From Eledone cirrhosa (lineage: Eukaryota), in assembly GCA_964016885.1 (NCBI GenBank), contig OZ024740.1, positions 420,918,001 to 420,982,000 of the forward strand: a stretch of 64,000 nt of DNA. Direction: 5' to 3'. Below are positions 40,843 to 53,860 of this stretch, piece by piece. A program made the translations under genes and the position numbers. The notes beneath the pieces were generated by a model. It was given only the letters and a program-made list of their open reading frames with translations, did not search any database and was not told where the DNA came from. Within the stretch, counting starts at the first letter, position 1, and each line of letters starts with the position of its first letter.

Positions 40843-40887
40843 GTATATATATATATGTATGTATATATATATATATATGTATGTATG

Positions 40888-40921
<34 letters not shown>

Positions 40922-40927
40922 TATATA

Positions 40928-41368
40928 CTTAAGAGTCAATGGCCATCCAAAATCACCGGGAGAGATGACCCCTTAGCCTTTGTCAAGGCAGAATTCTAGG
41001 AGAAGGAAAACTCTGATATAACACCTGCAACCCTGATGGTATCCAATGATGTTGACTTGTTCTTCTTTTTGGTAAATATCATCTTGGTTAAGAGAGTGGG
41101 ACTGGCTTTGTGCAGTGCCTTTGCTCACTATAAAAGCTTCACGGCACAGGCATTGCTTTATATCTGGAGATCTCTCTGCACTTGTCGTCACATGGTACCA
41201 TGGGCCCAGCACTATGTGTCAGTAATTGTCACAAGTGTAGTGTTTGTACCAGAGTTTTCAAGTCGCTGGCTGGACTAAAAAGTCACACTCGTTCAGCGCA
41301 TCGGTAGGGGTTCTCCTACATGGATATAAAGTAGTGGCCGTACTCGAAAACGAGTTGGCAGCCACCAT
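40928..41368 (+). mobile_element. Non-autonomous RTE-derived element, 5'-truncated copy
   Basis: About 98% identical by eye to 41604-42044. It ends with a C2H2 zinc-finger remnant [25 protein letters not shown] and a short stem-loop 3' UTR. Confidence 0.75.
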
Positions 41369-41469
41369 GTATGTATGTATGTATGTATGTATATATATAT
41401 ATATATGTATGTATATATATATGTATGTATGTATATGTATGTATATATGTATGTATATATATATATGTA

Positions 41470-42044
41470 TCCCAGTACAACCTGTCTCATGGTCGGGTCG
41501 TTGGCGACTAAACTGGCAACCCCACCAAGGTTTCTTGGTGAGGAGGGTGACTTTGGACATCCTGCAGGACTAAAAACAAAACCTGTCAAAGGGCAAGGGA
41601 GCTCTTAAGAGTCAATAGCCATCCAAAATCACCGGGAGAGATGACCCCTTAGCCTTTGTCAAGGCAGAATTCTAGGAGAAGGAAAACTCTGATATAACAC
41701 CTGCAACCCTGATGGTATCCAATGATGTTGACTTGTTCTTCTTTTTGGTAAATATCATCTTGGTTAAGAGAGTGGGACTGGCTTTGTGCAGTGCCTTTGC
41801 TCACTATAAAAGCTTCACAGCACAGGCATTGCTTTATATCTGGAGATCTCTCTGCACTTGTCATCACATGGTACCATGGGCCCTGCACTATGTGTCAATA
41901 ATGGTCACAAGTGTAGTCTTTGTACCAGAGTTTTCAAGTCGCTGGCTGGACTAAATAGTCACATTCGTTCAGCGCATCGGTAGGGGTTCTCCTACATGGA
42001 TATAAAGTAGTGGCCGTACTCGAAAACGAGTTGGCAGCCACCAT
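41470..42044 (+). mobile_element. Non-autonomous bipartite RTE-derived element (~575 bp)
   Basis: The 5' part carries the RTE 5' UTR-like motif ctaggagaaggaaaactctga. The 3' part carries the terminal zinc finger and 3' UTR. There is no RT or endonuclease sequence between them. Confidence 0.7.
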
Positions 42045-42083
42045 ATATATATATGTATGTATATATATATATGTATATATATG

Positions 42084-42114
<31 letters not shown>

Positions 42115-42157
42115 ATATATATATGTATGTATATATATATATGTATGTATATATATG

Positions 42158-42188
<31 letters not shown>

Positions 42189-42466
42189 ATATATATATGT
42201 ATGTATATATATATATGTATGTATATATATATATGTATGTATATATATATATGTATGTATATATATATATGTATGTATATATATATATGTATGTATATAT
42301 ATATATGTATGTATATATATATATGTATGTATATATATATATGTATGTATATATATATATGTATGTATATATATATATGTATGTATATATATATATGTAT
42401 GTATATATATATATGTATATATATATATGTATGTATATATATATATATGTATATATATATGTATAT

Positions 42467-42514
<48 letters not shown>

Positions 42515-42660
42515 GTATATATATATATATATGTATGTATGTATATATATATAGATATGTATGTATGTATATATATATATATGTATGTATGTATATATAT
42601 ATGTATGGATGTATATATATGTATGTATGTATGTATATATATATGTATATATGTATATAT

Positions 42661-42694
<34 letters not shown>

Positions 42695-42754
42695 GTATAT
42701 GTATGTATGTATATATATATGTATATATGTATATATATATATATATATGTATGT

Positions 42755-42788
<34 letters not shown>

Positions 42789-43186
42789 GTATATATATAT
42801 ATATGTATGTATATATATATATGTATATATATATATGTATATATATATATGTATGTATGTATATATATGTATGTATGTATATATATGTATGTATGTATGT
42901 ATGTATATATATATGTATGTATGTATATATATATATATGTATGTATATATATATATATGTATGTATGTATATATATATATGTATGTATATATATATATAT
43001 ATGTATGTATGTATATATATATATGTATGTATGTATATATATATGTATGTATGTATATATATATGTATATATGTATATATATATGTATATATGTATATAT
43101 ATATGCATATATGTATATATATATGCATATATGTATGTATGTATATATATATGTATATATGTATATATATATATATATATGTATGT

Positions 43187-43220
<34 letters not shown>

Positions 43221-43479
43221 GTATATGTATGTATGTATATATATATGTATATATGTATATATATATATATATGTATGTATATATATATATGTATGTATAT
43301 ATATATATGTATATATATATATGTATGTATGTATATATATGTATGTATGTATGTATATATGTATGTATGTATGTATATATATATGTATGTATGTATATAT
43401 ATATGTATGTATGTATATATATATGTATGTATGTATATATATATGTATGTATGTATATATATATGTATGTATATATATG

Positions 43480-43515
<36 letters not shown>

Positions 43516-43533
43516 TATATATGTATATATATG

Positions 43534-43568
<35 letters not shown>

Positions 43569-43589
43569 GTATGTATATATATATATATG

Positions 43590-43621
<32 letters not shown>

Positions 43622-43767
43622 TGTATGTATATATATGTATATATATATATATGTATATATATATATGTATATATATATATATGTATATATATATATGTAT
43701 ATATATATATATGTATATATATATATGTATATATATATGTATATATGTATATATATATATGTATATA

Positions 43768-43812
<45 letters not shown>

Positions 43813-43917
43813 GTATATGTATATATATGTATATGTATATATATATATGTATGTATGTATATATATATGTATGTATGTATATATATATGTATGTATATAT
43901 ATATATATGTATATATA

Positions 43918-44136
43918 GGAACGATCGACTTTCGTCAAATCGGACCGAGGGAACAATGTTTCCGTTAGTCTTTCCAGTTGCTAATACTATCTATCAGTCG
44001 CAACTCCAGGTAGAAGGAGCAACGTTAAATAAAGGGTCTTGCTCAAGGACATAACGCATCGCCTGGTCCAGGAATCGAACTCACAACCTTACGATTGCGA
44101 ATCCAATTCTCTAACCACTCAGCCACACGCCTTCAC
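43918..44136 (-). mobile_element. tRNA-derived CORE-like SINE, tail type C
   Basis: The minus strand reads gaaggcgtgtggctgagtggttagag...gagttcgattcc...gtccttgagcaagacc, followed by a tail different from types A and B. Confidence 0.82.
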
Positions 44137-44179
44137 ATATGTATATATGTATATATATGTATGTATATATATATGTGTG

Positions 44180-44230
<51 letters not shown>

Positions 44231-44257
44231 ATTTACATATATATATATGTGTGTATT

Positions 44258-44304
<47 letters not shown>

Positions 44305-44582
44305 CTGTCACTCTCTCTCTGGCTCTCTATATATATATATATTTATATATGGAGTGTATTTTGACAATTTTTCACATAGTTTCTACAGCTAGTTGCCCTT
44401 TCTGCTATCACACACACTCTACACATATAGAGAGAGAGTGTGTGTGATAGCAGGAAGGGCAACCAGCCGTAGAAACCATGTGAAAAATGGTCAAAAAGAC
44501 ACTCCTTAGTTGTGTCAAGGACATGACAACCTCTTTAGTGTTAGTGGTCTACATAAACATAATAAACACACCCAATACATTC

Positions 44583-47500
44583 TGTAAAATGGTTGGTGAC
44601 AGGAAAGGCATCCAGCCATAAAACCAAGCTACCAGTCCACACAGTAAAATGGTTGGTGACAGGAAAGGCATCCAGCCATAAAACCAAGCTACCAGTCCAC
44701 ACAGTAAAGTGGTTGGTGACAGGAAGGGCATCCAGCCATAAAACCAAGCTACCAGTCCACACAGTAAAATGGTTGGTGACAGGAAGGGCATCCAGCCATA
44801 AAACCAAGCTACCAGTCCACACAGTAAAATGGTTGGTGACAGGAAGGGCATCCAGCCATAAAACCAAGCTACCAGTCCACACAGTAAAATGGTTGGTGAC
44901 AGGAAGGGCATCCAGCCATAAAACCAAGCTACCAGTCCACACAGTAAAGTGGTTGGTGACAGGAAGGGCATCCAGCCATAAAACCAAGCTACCAGTCCAC
45001 ACAGTAAAATGGTTGGTGACAGGAAGGGCATCCAGCCATAAAACCAAGCTACCAGTCCACACAGTAAAATGGTTGGTGACAGGAAGGGCATCCAGCCATA
45101 AAACCAAGCTACCAGTCCACACAGTAAAGTGGTTGGTGACAGGAAAGGCATCCAGCCATAAAACCAAGCTACCAGTCCACACAGTAAAGTGGTTGGTGAC
45201 AGGAAGGGCATCCAGCCATGAAACCAAGCTACCAGTCCACACAGTAAAATGGTTGGTGACAGGAAAGGCATCCAGCCATAAAACCAAGCTACCAGTCCAC
45301 ACAGTAAAATGGTTGGTGACAGGAAAGGCATCCAGCCATAAAACCAAGCTACCAGTCCACACAGTAAAGTGGTTGGTGACAGGAAAGGCATCCAGCCATA
45401 AAACCAAGCTACCAGTCCACACAGTAAAGTGGTTGGTGACAGGAAAGGCATCCAGCCATAAAACCAAGCTACCAGTCCACACAGTAAAATGGTTGGTGAC
45501 AGGAAGGGCATCCAGCCATAAAACCAAGCTACCAGTCCACACAGTAAAATGGTTGGTGACAGGAAAGGCATCCAGCCATAAAACCAAGCTACCAGTCCAC
45601 ACAGTAAAGTGGTTGGTGACAGGAAAGGCATCCAGCCATAAAACCAAGCTACCAGTCCACAGTAAAGTGGTTGGTGACAGGAAAGGCATCCAGCCATAAA
45701 ACCAAGCTACCAGTCCACACAGTAAAGTGGTTGGTGACAGGAAAGGCATCCAGCCATAAAACCAAGCTACCAGTCCACACAGTAAAATGGTTGGTGACAG
45801 GAAGGGCATCCAGCCATAAAACCAAGCTACCAGTCCACACAGTAAAATGGTTGGTGACAGGAAGGGCATCCAGCCATAAAACCAAGCTACCAGTCCACAG
45901 TAAAGTGGTTGGTGACAGGAAAGGCATCCAGCCATAAAACCAAGCTACCAGTCCACAGTAAAGTGGTTGGTGACAGGAAAGGCATCCAGCCATAAAACCA
46001 AGCTACCAGTCCACAGTAAAGTGGTTGGTGAGAGGAAAGGCATCCAGCCATAAAACCAAGCTACCAGTCCACACAGTAAAATGGTTGGTGACAGGAAAGG
46101 CATCCAGCCATAAAACCAAGCTACCAGTCCACACAGTAAAGTGGTTGGTGACAGGAAAGGCATCCAGCCATAAAACCAAGCTACCAGTCCACAGTAAAGT
46201 GGTTGGTGACAGGAAAGGCATCCAGCCATAAAACCAAGCTACCAGTCCACAGTAAAGTGGTTGGTAACAGGAAAGGCATCCAGCCATAAAACCAAGCTAC
46301 CAGTCCACAGTAAAGTGGTTGGTGACAGGAAAGGCATCCAGCCATAAAACCAAGCTACCAGTCCACAGTAAAGTGGTTGGTGACAGGAAAGGCATCCAGC
46401 CATAAAACCAAGCTACCAGTCCACACAGTAAAGTGGTTGGTGACAGGAAAGGCATCCAGCCATAAAACCAAGCTACCAGTCCACAGTAAAGTGGTTGGTG
46501 ACAGGAAAGGCATCCAGCCATAAAACCAAGCTACCAGTCCACAGTAAAGTGGTTGGTGACAGGAAAGGCATCCAGCCATAAAACCAAGCTACCAGTCCAC
46601 AGTAAAGTGGTTGGTGACAGGAAAGGCATCCAGCCATAAAACCAAGCTACCAGTCCACAGTAAAGTGGTTGGTGACAGGAAAGGCATCCAGCCATAATAC
46701 CAAGCTACCAGTCCACACAGTAAAATGGTTGGTGACAGGAAAGGCATCCAGCCATAAAACCAAGCTACCAGTCCACACAGTAAAATGGTTGTTGACAGGA
46801 AAGGCATCCAGCCATAAAACCAAGCTACCAGTCCACACAGTAAAATGGTTGGTGACAGGAAAGGCATCCAGCCATAAAACCAAGCTACCAGTCCACACAG
46901 TAAAATGGTTGGTGACAGGAAAGGCATCCAGCCATAAAACCAAGCTACCAGTCCACACAGTAAAATGGTTGGTGACAGGAAAGGCATCCAGCCATAAAAC
47001 CAAGCTACCAGTCCACACAGTAAAATGGTTGGTGACAGGAAAGGCATCCAGCCATAAAACCAAGCTACCAGTCCACACAGTAAAATGGTTGGTGACAGGA
47101 AAGGCATCCAGCCATAAAACCAAGCTACCAGTCCACACAGTAAAATGGTTGGTGACAGGAAAGGCATCCAGCCATAAAACCAAGCTACCAGTCCACACAG
47201 TAAAATGGTTGGTGACAGGAAAGGCATCCAGCCATAAAACCAAGCTACCAGTCCACACAGTAAAATGGTTGGTGACAGGAAAGGCATCCAGCCATAAAAC
47301 CAAGCTACCAGTCCACACTGTAAAATGGTTGGTGACAGGAAAGGCATCCAGCCATAAAACCAAGCTACCAGTCCACACAGTAAAGTGGTTGGTGACAGGA
47401 AAGGCATCCAGCCATAAAACCAAGCTACCAGTTCACAGTAAAGTGGTTGGTGACAGGAAGGGCATCCAGCCATAAAACCAAGCTACCAGTCCACACAGTA

Positions 47501-48967
47501 AAGTGGTTGGTGACAGGAAAGGCATCCAGCCATAAAACCAAGCTACCAGTCCACACAGTAAAGTGGTTGGTGACAGGAAAGGCATCCAGCCATAAAACCA
47601 AGCTACCAGTCCACAGTAAAGTGGTTGGTGACAGGAAAGGCATGCAGCCATAAAACCAAGCTACCAGTCCACAGTAAAGTGGTTGGTGACAGGAAAGGCA
47701 TCCAGCCATAAATACCAAGCTACCAGTCCACAGTAAAGTGGTTGGTGACAGGAAAGGCATCCAGCCATAAAACCAAGCTACCAGTCCACACAGTAAAGTG
47801 GTTGGTGACAAGAAAGGCATCCAGCCATAAAACCAAGCTACCAGTCCACAGTAAAGTGGTTGGTGACAGGAAAGGCATCCAGCCATAAAACCAAGCTACC
47901 AGTCCACACAGTAAAGTGGTTGGTGACAGGAAAGGCATCCAGCCATAAAACCAAGCTACCAGTCCACACAGTAAAGTGGTTGGTGACAGGAAAGGCATCC
48001 AGCCATAAAACCAAGCTACCAGTCCACACAGTAAAGTGGTTGGTGACAGGAAGGGCATCCAGCCATAAAACCAAGCTACCAGTCCACAGTAAAGTGGTTG
48101 GTGACAGGAAGGGCATCCAGCCATAAAACCAAGCTACCAGTCCACACAGTAAAATGGTTGGTGACAGGAAAGGCATCCAGCCATAAAACCAAGCTACCAG
48201 TCCACACAGTAAAGTGGTTGGTGACAGGAAAGGCATCCAGCCATAAAACCAAGCTACCAGTCCACACAGTAAAGTGGTTGGTGACAGGAAAGGCATCCAG
48301 CCATAAAACCAAGCTACCAGTCCACACAGTAAAGTGGTTGGTGACAGGAAAGGCATCCAGCCATAAAACCAAGCTACCAGTCCACACAGTAAAATGGTTG
48401 GTGACAGGAAAGGCATCCAGCCATAAATACCAAGCTACCAGTCCACACAGTAAAATGGTTGGTGACAGGAAGGGCATCCAGCCATAAAACCAAGCTACCA
48501 GTCCACACAGTAAAATGGTTGGTGACAGGAAGGGCATCCAGCCATAAATACCAAGCTACCAGACCACACAGTAAAATGGTTGGTGACAGGAAAGGCATCC
48601 AGCCATAAAACCAAGCTACCAGTCCACACAGTAAAATGGTTGGTGACAGGAAAGGCATCCAGCCATAAATACCAAGCTACCAGTCCACAGTAAAGTGGTT
48701 GGTGACAGGAAAGGCATCCAGCCATAAAACCAAGCTACCAGTCCACACAGTAAAGTGGTTGGTGACAGGAAAGGCATCCAGCCATAAAACCAAGCTACCA
48801 GTCCACACAGTAAAATGGTTGGTGACAGGAAAGGCATCCAGCCATAAAACCAAGCTACCAGTCCACACAGTAAAATGGTTGGTGACAGGAAAGGCATCCA
48901 GCCATAAAACCAAGCTACCAGTCCACAGTAAAGTGGTTGGTGACAGGAAAGGCATCCAGCCATAAAA
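44583..48967. repeat. 60/58-bp minisatellite (~74 units) derived from a SINE internal segment
   Basis: Unit ggttggtgacaggaaaggcatccagccataaaaccaagctaccagtccacacagtaaaat, with 58-bp variants lacking one CA. SINE-like sequence continues to a tail near 49220. Confidence 0.96.
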
Positions 48968-49253
48968 TAAAAAGTTACTAAACAAAGTTCAGCTATGTCA
49001 AAGATATAAAAACCTCCCTAGTGCCGGTGCCATGATAAAATGCACTCTATAGAGTGTGGGAATGTTTTGTAAACTAGATGCAGGGCCCCTGGCGCACCCA
49101 AGCACTCAGTAAAATGCAGGAACGTGAGATGCAGGCTGACCATTCCATCTGAGAGGTCTGACTATGACAACCCATCCAGCCCTTACTAGTAGGGAAAAAT
49201 GAATGTTGAATGATAATGATATATATGTGTGTATGTGTTTATATATATATATA

Positions 49254-49679
49254 TATTTAGTTAGAAAGTGAACAACTCAAGATATAACGTCTGGATTGGT
49301 CATCAGACAGAGATGTTATCTTTGTCTGATCACCAATCCAGACATATATGTCATCAGACAGAGATGTTATCTTTGTCTGATCACCAATCCAGACATATAT
49401 GTCATCAGACAGAGATGTTATCTTTGTCTGATGACCAATCCAGACATATATGTCATCAGACAGAGATGTTATCTTTGTCTGATCACCAATCCAGACATAT
49501 ATGTCATCAGACAGAGATGTTATCTTTGTCTGATCACCAATCCAGACATATATGTCATCAGACAGAGATGTTATCTTTGTCTGATCACCAATCCAGACAT
49601 ATATTATTATCGTCTGTGATCCAGACACCTTTGGTAATGGAGTAGTTATATTTTGTGTTGTTCACTTTCTAATTAAATA
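49254..49679. mobile_element. Probable Penelope-like inverted repeat with a decayed hammerhead and an internal 51-bp array (49289-49603, ~6 units)
   Basis: 35-bp inverted flanks: tatttagttagaaagtgaacaactcaagatataac / gttatattttgtgttgttcactttctaattaaata. The array unit is gtcatcagacagagatgttatctttgtctgatcaccaatccagacatatat. Confidence 0.6.
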
Positions 49680-49789
49680 GCTCTGTTCTATACATATAGC
49701 ACTCTTTTTTCCTTTGCTTTTCCTTTGGAATTACCTAATACATAAAACACACACACTCACACACACATATATATATATGTGTGTGTAGG

Positions 49790-50153
49790 AGGTGAGTTTT
49801 ATTGTAGCACAATAAAGCAATGCAAATATCGGATAAGTAGCACTCAACAGTTTATAGGACTGGAGTATAAATAATATAAGATCAAAAGATGTTTAAAAGA
49901 GTTCCATGTATTTTATTATGCACATTTCAAAAACAAATATAATCATATGAAGCTTAAAAAACACTTGTGAGTAATGAAGTGTTAAATCAACATATGTTGA
50001 TTTAACACTTCACTGCTCACAAGTGTTTTTTAAGCTTCATATCATGTCTCCCTATTTTATCTGATGAGAACGCAAATATCATCCCATGATTATATTTGTT
50101 TTTGAAATGTGCATAATAAAATACATGGAACTCTTTTAAACATCTTTTGATCT

Positions 50154-50161
<8 letters not shown>
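49790..50161. mobile_element. Penelope-like pseudo-LTR nested palindrome
   Basis: Outer arms 49871-49946 and 50086-50161 enclose a spacer-less 98-bp inner palindrome at 49945-50042. A hammerhead motif overlaps the right arm. Confidence 0.75.
50054..50122 (+). ncRNA. Minimal type I hammerhead ribozyme
   Basis: attttat-CTGATGA-gaacgcaaatatcatcccatgattatatttgttttt-GAAA-tgtgca-TA-ataaaat. Stem I is attttat/ataaaat and stem II includes caaatat/atatttg. Confidence 0.72.
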
Positions 50162-50223
<62 letters not shown>

Positions 50224-50263
50224 GATATTAAACAAATGGAAACTATATTTATAAAACCATATT

Positions 50264-50329
50264 TATTTCGTTATATATATTTCTGGGATATCATATTAAA
50301 AATATGTTATGCCTTCCTCAGACAAAATA
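50264..50329 (-). ncRNA. Minimal type I hammerhead ribozyme
   Basis: The minus strand reads tattttgt-CTGAGGA-aggcataacatatttttaatatgatatccca-GAAA-tatata-TA-acgaaata, with a palindromic stem III. Confidence 0.65.
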
Positions 50330-51515
50330 CAATACATAAGCTGTTTTATAAATAATTAGTGACATACCTTGTAATAATGCAACTTCCTTTTAAAAAGTTG
50401 ATTTGGTAGTGAAACTGTTATGATAGTTATATAGAAAGAAAACGAAGATGAGAAGAAGAAGGTGAAGAGATGTATGTAAAGAAAAACAACGGAGCGAGAT
50501 AGAGAGACAAGGATAGAGAGAAATACATTGATGGTGAAAAAAAAAACATAGTAGGCTGCTTTTTGACAGATGATCATCGTATATGTGAGAGGTTAAGGGA
50601 AGGGATACAGTTAGATTAGTGTATAGGAGAAAAAGAAAGAAAGATGATATATTTAAAATATATCAAAAATATATTATGTCTCATCCATTTGAATTATCAA
50701 TATTTATGAATTAGGCACTATAATGTAAATATCAGTATTCATGAATGAGACACATATCTATAATGTGTAAAAAAATGACCACATGCTCAGTTTAAAAATT
50801 CTTAGGTCTATAAGCAAAATCTGAGACAAAACTTCAAACATAAGTATATATGCATTCTCGTGAAAAATGAGAAAAGAGAAAGTTATCTCAAATTCAAGTT
50901 GATAAATATAGACGCACATGTGAACCTAAGTGATACGCTGCACTGATTCTTATATTTCATGAAAAACTTCAATGTGTCAGAAAAGAAAAACTTCAATGTG
51001 TTAGAAGAGATTCCACCCTACATACATTTACATACATATATACATATATATAGACACAAAACATATAAGATATACATTAACATCTAAAATAATCATCGAT
51101 CAAGCATAGAGTAGACAACAGATATCAATATTAAAATTAAAAAACGCCAAGAATATCTTCGTCGCTCCACAGAGTATCTAGGGACGCAAGAGAACATAGT
51201 ATGCCACGCATATCGGTCATAGAACCAGAGTCAAAAACAAACAAGACCAAAAATTGCTCACCAAGCCTTATTTATCAGAAATCATTCAAAACTTATTCTA
51301 CAAATGCTCTTATATTTATTATAGAAGTTTATCCAGCTTAACATTTTTTATTTACATACATCTCTTCACCTTCTTCTCATCTTCGTTTTCTTTCTATATA
51401 ACTATCATAACAGTTTCACTACCAAATCAACTTTTTAAAAGGAAGTTGCATTATTACAAGATATGTCGAGGGCGGTGGATTGGCAGTATTGGCGTTGCAT
51501 TATTACAAGATATGT

Positions 51516-51709
51516 AGAGGGCGGTGGATTGGCAGTATTGGTAGAGGGTCGGACGCTATGCTTTCCAGCATAGTTACGTCCCTTTACGATCTGAGTTCAA
51601 ATCCCGCCGAGGTTGACTTTGCCTTTCATCCTTACGGGGGTCGATAAAATAAAGTACCAGTAATGAACTGGGTAATTGCTGGCCTTGTGCCTAAAGTAGA
51701 AACAATTAT
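51516..51709 (+). mobile_element. Full-length tRNA-derived SINE with a 17-bp target-site duplication
   Basis: A-box-like tggcagtattgg, B box gagttcaaatccc and domain gttgactttgcctttcatccttacgggggtcgataaaataaagtaccag (Meta-domain-like from memory). The duplication attattacaagatatgt is at 51499-51515 and 51705-51721. Confidence 0.92.
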
Positions 51710-51753
51710 TACAAGATATGTCACTAATTATTTATAAAACAGCTTATGTATTG

Positions 51754-51819
51754 TATTTTGTCTGAGGAAGGCATAACATATTTTTAATATGATATCCCAG
51801 AAATAGATATAACGAAATA
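51754..51819 (+). ncRNA. Minimal type I hammerhead ribozyme
   Basis: tattttgt-CTGAGGA-stem II-GAAA-tagata-TA-acgaaata, the inverted twin of 50264-50329. Confidence 0.6.
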
Positions 51820-51947
51820 AATATGGTTTTATAAATATAGTTTCCATTTGTTTAATATCGTAAACCTACTCCAGAAACTGTCGAGTGCTTTTATATCAGT
51901 TATAAAATATTTACTCGTTGTAACCCAACACTCTTAAATAAAACTTT

Positions 51948-52003
<56 letters not shown>

Positions 52004-52344
52004 ATGTCAATGTGTCCATGCCCTGTGTTTTCTGATTTGTTTAGACAGTCTGTGTAGCTGCTAGATAAGAAATGGCTACCTTCTAGTTCAAGCTTTCCCT
52101 TTTCCTTTTATTTTTTAAATGAGAGTGACTCAATGCATGTATCTGATTCTGAGAGAGAGAGAGAGAGAGGTTTGACTCCTGTATTTGACTAATACCTTGA
52201 TGACATTACAAGGACGAAAACTGAGTTGACCTTGGTAGTGGGGTTTGAAGTAAACTAGGGACATGTGCAGATTTGGAGAAAGGATATAGTGAAAATCAAC
52301 CAATCCAGTACTTGACAATTATATACCTGCATGTGAATGTATGT

Positions 52345-52735
52345 TGGGGCTGGTATATTAGGTGTGGGGGTGGGGCAGGTATGTTGTGTGGAGGTGGGGT
52401 AGGTATGTTGGGGCTGGGGCAGGTATATTAGGTGTGTGTGTGGGGGGGGGGGCAGGTATGTTAGGTGTGGGGGGAGGGTGCAGGTATATTAGGTGTGGGG
52501 TGGTGGTGCAGGTATATTAGGTGTGGGGGTGGGGCAGGTATATTAGGTGTGGGGGTGGGGCAGGTATGTTAGGTGTGGGGGTGGAGAAGGTATATTAGGT
52601 GTGGGGGTGGGGCGAGTATATTAGGTGTGGGGGTGGCGTAGGTATCTTAGGTGTGGTGGTGGTGCAGTTATGTTAGGTGTGGGGGCGGGGCAGGTGTGTT
52701 ATGGGGGGGGGGGGGCGTTTCAGGTATGTTATGTT
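52345..52735. repeat. G-rich ~27-bp degenerate minisatellite
   Basis: Recurring ggcaggtatattaggtgtgggggtggg. Confidence 0.85.
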
Positions 52736-52837
52736 ATGTTATTCTTTTGAAAGAATATTTCACCTGTAACTGGGCAAATTAGTCTCTTATTCTCACGAAA
52801 CCTTTACAGTCAGCCAACCTGTCTACTTGTGTGGGTG

Positions 52838-52952
52838 AAGAGAGAGTGTGAGTGTGTGAGAGAGAGTGTGTGTGAGTGAGTGTGTGAGAGAGAGTGTGTG
52901 TATGTGAATGTGTGAGAGAGAGTGTGTATGTGAGTGTGTGTGGATCTGTCTA

Positions 52953-53028
<76 letters not shown>

Positions 53029-53780
53029 TCCCAAACAAAGTTGTCTGGACAAGTTAAGAAAAAAAATAAATCTAGGTTGCAGCCAGGTGTGTGTGTATGT
53101 ATATGTAGGTATGTATGTGTGTGTATATATATATGTGTATGTATATATGTAAGTATGTATGTGTGTGTGTATGTATATATGTGTGTGTATGGTTGTATGT
53201 ATATATGTGTGTGTATGGTTGTATGTATATATGTATGTGTATGTATGGTTGTATGTATATATGTGTGTGTATGTATGGTTGTATGTATGTATGTATATGT
53301 GTGTATGTATATATGTGTGTGTGTATGGTTGTATGTATATATGTGTATGTATGGTTGTATGTATATGTGTGTATGTATGGTTGTATGTATATGTGTGTGT
53401 ATGGTTGTATGTATATATGTGTGTATGGTTGTATGTATATATATGTGTGTGTATGGTTGTATGTATATATGTGTGTATGGTTGCATGTATATATGTGTGT
53501 ATGGTTGTATGTATATATGTGTATGTATGGTTGTATATATGTGTGTATGGTTGTATGTATATGTGTGTATGTATGGTTGTATGTATGTGTGTGTGTATGG
53601 TTGTATGTATATATGTGTGTATGTATGTATGCATGTATGTATATATATAGAGAGAGAGAGACAGAGAGAAGTGAATTTATAAATAATTGGGGGAGGTAGT
53701 CTCTCTCTCCCTCACTCTCTCACCCCCTCTCCCCTCTCCCTCTCTCTCACCCCCTCTCACTCTCTCTCTCTCTCTCTCCC
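52838..53780. repeat. Compound microsatellites (GT/GA, CT, and gtatggttgtat units)
   Basis: Low-complexity runs separated by short unique islands. Confidence 0.9.
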
Positions 53781-53860
53781 TCCAGTTTTAAATGCTAAAG
53801 GTGAAAGCCTGGGAAGAAATCCATTCACCTGATTTACAATACCTTTAAGAAAAGTGTAAA

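Larger units (their letters stand above)
50221..51950 (+). mobile_element. Penelope-like element remnant: inverted pLTR, decayed ORF 3' end, pLTR
   Basis: About 265-bp inverted arms at 50221-50486 and 51344-51862, the latter interrupted by a SINE. Both arms carry hammerheads. A weak GIY-YIG C-terminal-like remnant (ISVIEPES..KIAHQALFIRNH) lies near 51210-51300. (TA)n flanks both sides. Confidence 0.72.

Noticed and set aside
44541-48985. Many repetitive ORFs (MPFLSPT..., WLDAFPVTNH...)
   Set aside because: They are translations of a SINE-derived 60-bp array, broken by 58-bp units.
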